From NCBI GenBank assembly GCA_963726255.1, contig CAVSBL010000002.1, positions 352,001-416,000 on the forward strand: 64,000 nucleotides of DNA, read 5' to 3'. A program made the position numbers and the translations under genes. The first letter of the stretch is position 1. Each line of letters opens with the position of its first letter. Positions 56,522 through 64,000 of the stretch are shown piece after piece. This DNA comes from Candidatus Bathyarchaeota archaeon (GTDB taxonomy: Archaea; Thermoproteota; Bathyarchaeia; 40CM-2-53-6). The notes beneath the pieces were generated by a model, which saw only the letters and a list, made by a program, of their open reading frames with translations, did not search any database and was not told where the DNA came from.

Positions 56522-56876
56522 CGTAGGTGAGGTGTCTCCAGCGTTGCTGCTAACCTTCGCAATTAAGAGGGTGGATCCACCCGTCTTGGGGTGGTGCCAA
56601 ACGGTGCCAAGCGAAGGTAACCCTCGGCTTGTTTTACGTCTCAATCCCCCCATACGAAGCGGTCTACAGGCCCGGGCCATGTCGAGGATTCTACCCGTGC
56701 GTGCACAACGGTATTTGTAGACGGTTAGTCGCTGGTAACTAACTGTATCGTTGAAATGCCTGCCAGCTCCGATACCCCAGGTTCATGTCATTTGAGCATC
56801 GTATTTGTGACTGTCTTCATCGCTAACAGGCGGATTGGTTCTATGATAACGAATCCAATGAGTGTTTTGCAGCCGC

Positions 56877-57749
56877 TCAGCGTTTGGACTTCTTAACGGC
56901 ATATTCAGCTATTTTCTCGGCCGCATTTAGGCCGGTCGCCGCCAAGAGGCCGCGAAAGCCTGGTGAGGCATTGACCTCGATCACGTAAGGTTCCGCGTCG
57001 ACCGAAATGAGATCGACGCCCGCGATTTCAACGCCAACGGCCTCAGCCGCCCTGACCGCGGTTTCTGCCTCCGCCCTAGAGGGCTTGTGCGGGATGCCTT
57101 GACCGCCTATGTGGATGTTACTTCTCCACTCGTGTGGGGCTGCCTTACGCTTCATAGCCCCAACAATTTCCTTATCGATCACGAATACTCGAATATCTTC
57201 ACCCGGATTGGGCAGGAATTTTTGAAGGCAAATCATCTGGTCAAGCTCGGAGAGGGTATCGATTATGGGTCCTGCCTCCTTTGCGTCTCTTACACGCATT
57301 ACGCCAATCCCCTGAGTCCCGCTCAGGAGTTTCATCACGAGCGGGGGTGAAAGGTACTCTGTTGGTTCTTCACTCTTGTTCCGAGAAGCGATGAGAACGC
57401 TTTCAGGAATCTTCACTCCTGCCGCATGGAGAGCCTGAAGGGCTAGGTACTTGTTTCTGGCAGTCAGCAGGCCGTTCATCGAAAGTGTTGAGGGAATTTT
57501 CATCAATTCGAAATGTTTGAGAAGCATAATGCCCAGCTGTGTGAGGCTGCGCCCAATTCTAGGTATTACAGCGTCTAGGCGAGAGAGCGATTTCTTCTCG
57601 TAAATTGCATCAACTTTCGATCCTTCCAACATCAGGTGTATCTCCGGCGTCTTGACATAAACTGCTTCAGAGCCCTTTGCTTTGAGCGCCCTCATGATTT
57701 CCGTCGTTGCCCAGAACTCTGGGTTCTTTGATAAGACCCCAATTTTCAT
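56877..57749 (-). CDS. rimK: RimK-family ATP-grasp alpha-L-glutamate ligase
   Basis: DAVIPRIG, GTQGIGV, EDIRVFV, WRSNIH.GG, AGVDL, VIEVNASPG. Confidence 0.92.
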   Translation of the reverse strand: MKIGVLSKNPEFWATTEIMRALKAKGSEAVYVKTPEIHLMLEGSKVDAIYEKKSLSRLDAVIPRIGRSLTQLGIMLLKHFELMKIPSTLSMNGLLTARNKYLALQALHAAGVKIPESVLIASRNKSEEPTEYLSPPLVMKLLSGTQGIGVMRVRDAKEAGPIIDTLSELDQMICLQKFLPNPGEDIRVFVIDKEIVGAMKRKAAPHEWRSNIHIGGQGIPHKPSRAEAETAVRAAEAVGVEIAGVDLISVDAEPYVIEVNASPGFRGLLAATGLNAAEKIAEYAVKKSKR

Positions 57750-57814
57750 AAAATTCTTCCACTTGTCGATGTGAGCTTAATACTTGGTTTGCTCATAAAG
57801 CGCTCGCCGCCGTA

Positions 57815-58225
57815 GTGGTTTCATTGAAGGCGAAGAACAAGATCATTATCGGCCCAATTGAGTATGTGAAAGTGATCGGACACCACGGCGAGGCTAGGGT
57901 CAAAGGGAAAGTCGACACGGGAGCGAGCAGAACTTCAGTGGACGTATGGCTGGCGGCAAACATAGGCCTAGGGCCCACAGTAGACGTCGCCAAGCTGAAA
58001 TCCGCGTTTCTAGACAAAGTACGCACCCGACCCTTAGTGCGCGGCATTGTAGAAATTGCAGGCGAAAGGTTCGCTCTGCCTGTTACGGTTAATGACAGGT
58101 CGGACATGAGGTACCCTGTCCTCATTGGAATGGACATCCTAAAGTCGGGGCGGTTCCTAATTGACCCGAAGAAGAAAGCACCCCCAAGATATCGGGGCGT
58201 CGTAAAGGCAAAGAACTCAACGTGA
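57815..58225 (+). CDS. RimK-associated retropepsin-like protease (RimB-like, 'ATP-dependent zinc protease' family)
   Basis: IG..E.V, KVDTGA.RTS, DRS.M.YPVLIG, FLIDP. Confidence 0.85.
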   Translation: MVSLKAKNKIIIGPIEYVKVIGHHGEARVKGKVDTGASRTSVDVWLAANIGLGPTVDVAKLKSAFLDKVRTRPLVRGIVEIAGERFALPVTVNDRSDMRYPVLIGMDILKSGRFLIDPKKKAPPRYRGVVKAKNST

Positions 58226-58295
58226 CATTCGATGACGGAATTAGGCTATAGTGTTTTTCAGTAGCCCTTGAGCAAAACGCGGCAAGTGGTCCTAC

Positions 58296-59231
58296 TTGTT
58301 ATCTGGCAGAGACTTTCTTTCAATGAGCGACCTAACCGGCGCGGACACTCAGTGGCTATTAGATCTAGCGGTAAGGCTCAAATCAGATGCAAAGCAAGGA
58401 ACGCTCAAACCTTCATTATCCGGCAAAGTCATTGGATTACTCTTTGAGAAACCCTCCACCCGAACCAGGGCTAGCTTCGAGACGGCTGTTTACCAGCTAG
58501 GTGGCCAGGCAATGTACCTTCGCGCTGATGAGCTTCAGCTGACCCGAGGCGAACCTCTGAAAGATACCGCGAGAATTCTCGGGGCTTACCTGAGTGGGAT
58601 CGTCATCCGAACGTACGCCCATCAGAATTTGGTGGAGTTCGCTGAGTATGCACCGGTGCCCATCATTAACGCTCTCAGCGATCTCGAGCACCCAACCCAA
58701 ATCATCTCGGACATGTTAACAGTTCTCGAGGCCAAAGGTAAGTTATCGGGCCTAAAGTTCGTGTGGGTTGGAGACGGGAACAACGTATGCAATTCGTGGC
58801 TGCTGGGCGGCGCAAGCATGGGCATGAATCTGTTCGTTTCCTGCCCCAAGGGCTATGAGCCGGACAGGTCTGCGGTTGAAAGGGCTCGCAGGCTTGCAAA
58901 GGAGTCCGATGGGGTCGTCGAGCTTGTGGCGAACCCGCAGAAAGCCGCTGAAGACGCGGATGTCCTCTATACTGATGTTTGGGTTAGCATGGGTCAGGAG
59001 AAGGAAGCCAAGAAGAAGGAGTTGACGTTCAAGCCGTTTCAGGTTAACGCCAAGCTTGTTGCAAAAGCCAAAGATGATGTTGCAGTCATGCACTGCCTCC
59101 CCGCCCACAGGGGACTGGAGATAACTGACGATGTGTTGGAGGGGCCGCAAAGCGTCGTGTGGAAGCAGGCTGAGAACAAGTTGCACGGAGCTCGGGCCGT
59201 TTTAGCTGCTTTTCTCGGCGTCCCCGAGTAG
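58296..59231 (+). CDS. argF: Ornithine carbamoyltransferase
   Basis: FEKPSTRTR, HPTQ, GDGNNV, YTDVWVSMG, MHCLPAHRG.E, QAEN. Confidence 0.97.
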   Translation: MLSGRDFLSMSDLTGADTQWLLDLAVRLKSDAKQGTLKPSLSGKVIGLLFEKPSTRTRASFETAVYQLGGQAMYLRADELQLTRGEPLKDTARILGAYLSGIVIRTYAHQNLVEFAEYAPVPIINALSDLEHPTQIISDMLTVLEAKGKLSGLKFVWVGDGNNVCNSWLLGGASMGMNLFVSCPKGYEPDRSAVERARRLAKESDGVVELVANPQKAAEDADVLYTDVWVSMGQEKEAKKKELTFKPFQVNAKLVAKAKDDVAVMHCLPAHRGLEITDDVLEGPQSVVWKQAENKLHGARAVLAAFLGVPE

Positions 59232-59654
59232 CGGCTGCGCCTGTAACTTCTCTAAGTGCTCGTGCGCCTTCCGCAGGGTGTCCTTCGCGTTCTTGTAGGT
59301 CAATCGTTCGTAGGCCTTCTCATAGGACATCCAATCGAAGCCCACATGCTCTCTCGAAAGTCGCACTGTGTCCGTTTTAGATTGCAGGAGGTAGAAGACA
59401 ACTTCTTTGTAGACGGTCTCGCCTGCCCTTCTGTAATAGTAGCTTATTGGGTTGCGGTAACCCTCAATGAACTTTGGGTCCGTTATTCCTGCTTCTTCCT
59501 CTGTTTCGCGGAGAACGGTTTCCCTTTCAGTTTCGCTATTTTCCACATGCCCTTTGACGAAATCCCAGTGTCCGCCTTCATAGTGAAGAAGGAGGTACTT
59601 CCGAACTCCATTAGCTTTGAAGATCACAGCTCCGCATGACTTCTCTGAAGGCAT
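59202..59654 (-). CDS. Nudix hydrolase, Ap4A tetraphosphatase type
   Basis: EKSCGAV, GHWDFVKGHVE..E.E.ET.LRET.EE.G, LS.EH. Confidence 0.9.
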   Translation of the reverse strand: MPSEKSCGAVIFKANGVRKYLLLHYEGGHWDFVKGHVENSETERETVLRETEEEAGITDPKFIEGYRNPISYYYRRAGETVYKEVVFYLLQSKTDTVRLSREHVGFDWMSYEKAYERLTYKNAKDTLRKAHEHLEKLQAQPLLGDAEKSS

Positions 59655-59752
59655 AGGCTTGCACTCGAGTGATTATGAACGGCGGTAGAACCTCAACAGA
59701 AACGCTCGGGTTAATCTTCCTTTGCCTTGAGGATAGTCCTCGTATTCTTGGC

Positions 59753-60682
59753 CTAAACTAGGCCGGCAAACAGGAATGCCAGAACTGCCCCTAAAAGCGG
59801 GGCAAGTGTCCAGCCGATTATTATTTCCCATATTAGGCGGTTATTGCGGACGACTATTTTGCGAGGAATAGCGGCACCAAATACGCCTCCTACCACCGCT
59901 TGGGAAACAGACACGGGAATTCCGGCCTCGGTGAATCCATGGACCGTCAAGGCTCCTCCCATCTGCGCCGCGAAGGATGCTGAAGGGCTCAAACCTACGA
60001 TATTTTCTGAGACGCTCCTAGTGGTAGCCTTGCTGAGCATAACCATCCCAAGAATTGTCGCTAACCCAAGCGCGATGGAGGTAAGAGGTTCAATGCCCGC
60101 TGAACTTACCATGCCAATAATGAGTCCCACTGTGTTTGCCCCGAGCGTGTAGGCTGCGTAGATTCCGCTGAAAATGGTTAGGTACGCGTAGAGCATGTTC
60201 AAAGTGAGTACTCGTCGAACTCGTTTCGTGATCGCTTTTGTGATGAGAGTTAAGCCGATGGCTAACGCCAACCCTGCCAATGGTGTCAAAAGCCAGGATG
60301 ATGCCACGAGCAGAGTGAACCTCCAATTGACTGGTATCCCCAAGGCGAATGCGGCGCCTACGGCAGCCCCAATTGCAACCTGTGACAGGCTGATTGGAAG
60401 CTTGCGGAAAGTCAAGAACGCCATTATGACAAAGCTCGAAGCGGCCACCGCGAGGGTGAACCGGGGATTCGTTGAGGAAACTATGCCCGATGTTATTGCG
60501 TGGGACAGTTTGGTTCCCTCGAGAAGAATTCCGGCGAGAAGTCCGATTGAGGCAAGTGCGAGCGCTTGTCGGTACCGCAGTGCACCGGCCCCGACAGATG
60601 TTCCGAGGCAAGTGGAGAGGTTGTTAGCACCGAGCATGACGCACAACGCAAACCCCGAAATCAGTTCAAGATAGAATGGCAT
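59753..60682 (-). CDS. PiT-family inorganic phosphate transporter
   Basis: GANN..., PISLSQ, GANTVG, GIPVSVSQAVVGG, GW..AP. Confidence 0.88.
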   Translation of the reverse strand: MPFYLELISGFALCVMLGANNLSTCLGTSVGAGALRYRQALALASIGLLAGILLEGTKLSHAITSGIVSSTNPRFTLAVAASSFVIMAFLTFRKLPISLSQVAIGAAVGAAFALGIPVNWRFTLLVASSWLLTPLAGLALAIGLTLITKAITKRVRRVLTLNMLYAYLTIFSGIYAAYTLGANTVGLIIGMVSSAGIEPLTSIALGLATILGMVMLSKATTRSVSENIVGLSPSASFAAQMGGALTVHGFTEAGIPVSVSQAVVGGVFGAAIPRKIVVRNNRLIWEIIIGWTLAPLLGAVLAFLFAGLV

Positions 60683-60739
60683 ACTAGTCAAGTACGATTC
60701 CGGCGATACAACTTGCCGAAGAATAACCGTGCCCTAGGT

Positions 60740-60916
60740 TCAAGCTCTCTTGGCGATCTGGTCGACCTTGTCCTTCAGGTCAGTGTACTTGTTCATAACG
60801 CCATGCTGTCTGCAGAAGTAGAGAGTTTCTTGTCTAGGCGCTGGCAGCGATGGCGAGTCCGCGGCCGGGCTTTCGGTCATCCGAGTCATCTCTTTTCCGC
60901 AGAGCGGGCATTTCAA
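60740..60916 (-). CDS. 58-aa zinc-ribbon protein
   Basis: Below ORF-track cutoff. Hand translation MKCPLCGKEMTRMTESPAADSPSLPAPRQETLYFCRQHGVMNKYTDLKDKVDQIAKRA (CxxC...CxxH). Confidence 0.65.
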   Translation of the reverse strand: MKCPLCGKEMTRMTESPAADSPSLPAPRQETLYFCRQHGVMNKYTDLKDKVDQIAKRA

Positions 60917-61016
60917 AACAAGATCAAACCTTCAATGCACATGATTGGAGTCCTATCCGACATTTAGCGATACCTAAAACCCTTTTATTAAAACTCTTCA
61001 AACTGAAGCGCTCTGC

Positions 61017-61706
61017 CTAAGCTTCCGCTTTAGCTACCAACGATATCACTAGGTCGGAAGAATCCTCTGCGGCGTCCGCTATCTCATCGAGTTTGAGAAC
61101 AACATCGCGAAGCTGAAGGAGCGTCAGCACTTCAAGGTCTGATTTGTGTGCGAAGATACGCTTTAGCAGGTGGTCCTTCACTTCGTCTGCCTCCTCTTCG
61201 GCGCGCTCAACGAGAAGTGATTTGCTAACAGCAAGCTTTGAATCGCTTTCAAGCGCTGCTACTGATTCTCGTAATAGTCGCACCGTTGATTGGAGCAAGT
61301 TGAAGAGGTCGCTCAGGGTGGCTTTGGGTTCTTCATATAGAAGGAGGAAGGAGGGGGCATCGATTGGCGATTCAGCAAGTATTCTTCCAGCGTTGTGTGC
61401 TGCGTCGGCCACTTCGTCATTCTCCTCCATGAGCTCGAGGAAGTCATCCCTAGTCCCCGCGAAGAATGCACCTTGAGATATTGCGAGCACCGCGTCCCGG
61501 TGCAACCCATCAGCCAGCGTCTCGAACTCGCCAATTCTGTCGCTCATTTCTTCAACTCTCTTCCAGTCACCGCTCTTCGCGGCTTCCAGTAGGAGCGCCA
61601 ATCCTTGGATTGTCTTATCCACGATCTCCAAATGGTCGGAAATGAGTTCTAGGACACGCCTTTCCTTCCTTCCAACCAACCGAAAGCGTCCGAAGAATCC
61701 TTTCAT
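61017..61706 (-). CDS. DUF47 / PhoU-like phosphate transport regulator
   Basis: E..AD...RD, R.DF..L....D.VAD, EEEAD, D.IADAAED; near the pit gene. Confidence 0.9.
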   Translation of the reverse strand: MKGFFGRFRLVGRKERRVLELISDHLEIVDKTIQGLALLLEAAKSGDWKRVEEMSDRIGEFETLADGLHRDAVLAISQGAFFAGTRDDFLELMEENDEVADAAHNAGRILAESPIDAPSFLLLYEEPKATLSDLFNLLQSTVRLLRESVAALESDSKLAVSKSLLVERAEEEADEVKDHLLKRIFAHKSDLEVLTLLQLRDVVLKLDEIADAAEDSSDLVISLVAKAEA

Positions 61707-61719
61707 TCTGACCCGCCAG

Positions 61720-62598
61720 TTATGGGGAAGACACGTATTGGTCAAGAGTTCCTGGGGGCGGCAACCCAGTCAATTCCCTGTCAATGTAATTCTGTAGCCG
61801 TTTCAGAGTTTTCAGATGGGTTGGAGTCGCTATGCCCAACATCTGCATGGTCTGAATGCAGTTCTCCGGCGCGTATCCGTGAAAGTGGTTGTTGAAAATT
61901 CCAAAAGTTTTCTTCGTGTTCTGCTGAACCTCTTTGACCTTAGGCGCCCACTCCTGAAGCTGCTGTTGCGTATAGCGATAATCGTACCATGGTCGTTCCC
62001 CGTGGCCGTGCCACCTGATGTATCCTATCGATGAAGTAACGTGAATCTCAGGTGGCAAGAGTGGTTCATCAACGATACAATAAGCGGCTTCGTATTTCGA
62101 TAGGATGCGCCATGTCGCATCATCCATCCATGACTTGTGCCGGAACTCAACAACGTAATCATAACGATGTGGGAGCGCGGCCAAGAAGTTCTCAAGCAAC
62201 TTGTCGTTCTTTTTGAGAGAGGGTGGGAGCTGGACGAGGAAACATCCTAACCGATCCTGAGTCAACAAAGGGTCGAAGAGTTGCACGAAACTTTCCAATT
62301 CCTCTTGAGAATCTTCGTTTAACTTAAGCCGCAATTCATGTGTAAACTTCTGGTTAACCTTCGCACTGAACATAAACCCCCTTTTAGTATACCGAGTTAG
62401 ACCGAGGATTGTTCCTTCATCAGGTTGCTTGTAAAAGGATGAATTGAGCTCTACAGTATCGAAAACGGAGGCATACTGTTGAAGCATGCTCTTGCCGGGG
62501 TCGTAGAGCGGCCCCTCCCATTCCTTGTATGACCAACCGGCACATCCGAAATACAATCGAGCAGGTGATACCGCCGTCTCGCTATGCCTCCGAAGCAT
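61720..62598 (-). CDS. DUF72 family protein
   Basis: GCAGWSY.EW, TVELNSSFY, LVQLPPS, VEFRH.SW, YIRWHG, FNNH..G.A..N. Confidence 0.92.
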   Translation of the reverse strand: MLRRHSETAVSPARLYFGCAGWSYKEWEGPLYDPGKSMLQQYASVFDTVELNSSFYKQPDEGTILGLTRYTKRGFMFSAKVNQKFTHELRLKLNEDSQEELESFVQLFDPLLTQDRLGCFLVQLPPSLKKNDKLLENFLAALPHRYDYVVEFRHKSWMDDATWRILSKYEAAYCIVDEPLLPPEIHVTSSIGYIRWHGHGERPWYDYRYTQQQLQEWAPKVKEVQQNTKKTFGIFNNHFHGYAPENCIQTMQMLGIATPTHLKTLKRLQNYIDRELTGLPPPGTLDQYVSSP

Positions 62599-62748
62599 CC
62601 TCGAATCCGTTCATGGGAAGCTACCATGTGCGGCTTTATTTCTCCATTGCGGGGAATGGCCGCCTCCATCACTCAAACTATTCCTGTGGGACCATGTCAC
62701 CGCCGCGTGAATGATAACCGCTAATAATTCGTCAGTGCTTTCAGTTCA

Positions 62749-64000
62749 ATGAGTGTAGAGTCAAAATCTCCAGATGTGGCGTCTTTGAAGTTCAGTGAGG
62801 TAGCCAACGTTTTCGAAAAGATAGAGGCTACCACGAAACGCTTGGAGATGACCAGCCTACTTGTGGATTTGATCAAGGAGACCCCGAAGGATGAGATTAG
62901 CAAAGTAGTCTACCTGATTCAAGGAAAGCTATACCCTGACTATGTTGGCGTCGAACTTGGCCTCGCCGAAAAGCTCCTGATCAAGGCTGCTGCAGAGGTA
63001 TCTGGCAAAACAGAGAGGTTGGTTGAGAGCGACTACAAGAAGACCGGCGACCTAGGGTTGACCGTAGAGAAGTTGCTCGAAAAGAAATCGCAAGCCTCCT
63101 TGGTCAAAAGGTCTCTAACTGTCAAGACGGTATACGAAACATTCGACAGGATCGCGAAGGCGACAGGGGCAGGTTCAGTTGAGACGAAGGTACGTCTACT
63201 GATAAGCCTCTTGAATGATGCTACGCCGCTAGAAGGGAAGTTCATCGCCAGGATGGCTGTGGGGAAGCTGAGGCTTGGCGTTGCCGATATGACCGTTCTA
63301 GATGGGCTTGCGATTGCGTACGGAGGCGACAAGGTTGCAAGGGAACCTGTCGAAAGGGCCTACAACCTTTCATCAGACCTAGGGTACGTTGCAGAAGTGA
63401 TCGTACACGAAGGCCTCGAAGGTATTAGGAAGTTCAAGATCACGGTCGGGCGTCCAATTAGGCCGATGCTCTGCGAGCGCTTACCTGCAGCCAAAGATAT
63501 TCTGGAGAAACTTGGAGGCGAGGGAGCTGCAGAATACAAGTACGACGGCCTCAGGATTCAAGCGCACCTAAGCTCGAGGCCAGTCCAACTCTTCTCACGT
63601 AGACTCGAGAACATTACTGACCAGTTCCCTGACGTCGCCAAACTACTGCAAAGTTGCATCAAGGCCAAAGAGGCGATCGTGGAGGGCGAATGTGTAGCCG
63701 TGGACACCAATACCGGTGATATGCTCCCTTTCCAAGTGATTTCTCAACGGCGCGGAAGGAGATACGAGATTCAACGAATGTCCGAAGAGATACCTGTAAC
63801 GGTCTTCCTTTTCGACACTCTCTTCCTAGACGGCCGCGACCTTACTCAGTCGCCGTACCTCGAGAGAAGAAAGGAGCTGGTGAAAATTACGAAACCGTCG
63901 GATCATGTTGTGATCGCTCAGCAATTCGTAACAAATGATCCGAAGAAGCTCGAACAACTGATGGACGAGGCAGTTGCCGCGGGATGTGAAGGCTTGGTTG
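62749..64000 (+). CDS. lig: ATP-dependent DNA ligase (5' part; runs off the window edge)
   Basis: Not in ORF track. Hand translation ...LKFSEVANVFEKIEATTKRLEMT...TGDLG...KLRLGV...PIRPML.ER...EYKYDGLRIQAH...FSRRLENIT.QFPD; start ATG 62749 or TTG 62785. Confidence 0.97.
   Translation, partial: MSVESKSPDVASLKFSEVANVFEKIEATTKRLEMTSLLVDLIKETPKDEISKVVYLIQGKLYPDYVGVELGLAEKLLIKAAAEVSGKTERLVESDYKKTGDLGLTVEKLLEKKSQASLVKRSLTVKTVYETFDRIAKATGAGSVETKVRLLISLLNDATPLEGKFIARMAVGKLRLGVADMTVLDGLAIAYGGDKVAREPVERAYNLSSDLGYVAEVIVHEGLEGIRKFKITVGRPIRPMLCERLPAAKDILEKLGGEGAAEYKYDGLRIQAHLSSRPVQLFSRRLENITDQFPDVAKLLQSCIKAKEAIVEGECVAVDTNTGDMLPFQVISQRRGRRYEIQRMSEEIPVTVFLFDTLFLDGRDLTQSPYLERRKELVKITKPSDHVVIAQQFVTNDPKKLEQLMDEAVAAGCEGLV

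Noticed and set aside
56532-56720. 62-aa ORF after the cyclo-ligase; also 6S RNA or THF riboswitch
   Set aside because: Ribosome site too close to GTG and protein unconvincing; 6S RNA is bacterial and lies upstream of ygfA; no THF-riboswitch motifs seen.
56877-59231. RimK as ArgX of a LysW-dependent arginine pathway with argF
   Set aside because: No LysW (EDWGE tail) or argCBDE-like genes in the window, and the RimB-like partner points to the RimK clade.
1-64000. CRISPR array, rRNA, complete tRNA, IS transposase, and the many antisense ORFs in the track
   Set aside because: No regularly spaced repeats, rRNA signatures, full cloverleaf or transposase motifs seen by eye; antisense ORFs are shadows of well-supported genes.

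Overview
Archaeal DNA, about 50% GC by eye, from a TACK-type organism (Bathyarchaeia- or basal Nitrososphaerota-like; this is inferred from gene content, TATA boxes about 25 nt before start codons and GGAGGTGA ribosome sites). There are two halves. Bases 1 to ~43,300 are an accessory, partly decaying region. It holds (i) ion/pH-homeostasis genes: P3A H+-ATPase, ClC, four NhaP paralogs, MscS, TMEM175, Nramp with MntR, USP and CBS proteins; (ii) a bacterial-style pfkA-GH130-PMI-PMM-(CBS-GT4) mannoside cluster; (iii) an NrfC/NrfD operon whose only other redox partners are two cupredoxins, facing a wHTH regulator followed by three tiny 3-TM proteins; (iv) a split coxL/coxMS/coxG molybdoenzyme set. 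Bases ~43,400 to 64,000 look like core genome: pyrG, asnS, nurA-herA, ftcD/folD/5-formyl-THF cyclo-ligase, rimK/rimB-like, argF, Nudix, pit/DUF47, DUF72 and DNA ligase. The best candidate for an undescribed system is the heme-c-free, molybdopterin-free, copper-based NrfCD (alternative-complex-III-like) module with its membrane-sensor/wHTH regulator at 32.4-38.7 kb. I saw no complete tRNA, rRNA, CRISPR array or intact transposase. All calls come from reading motifs by eye; no database search was run, and several single-base frameshifts could be sequencing errors.
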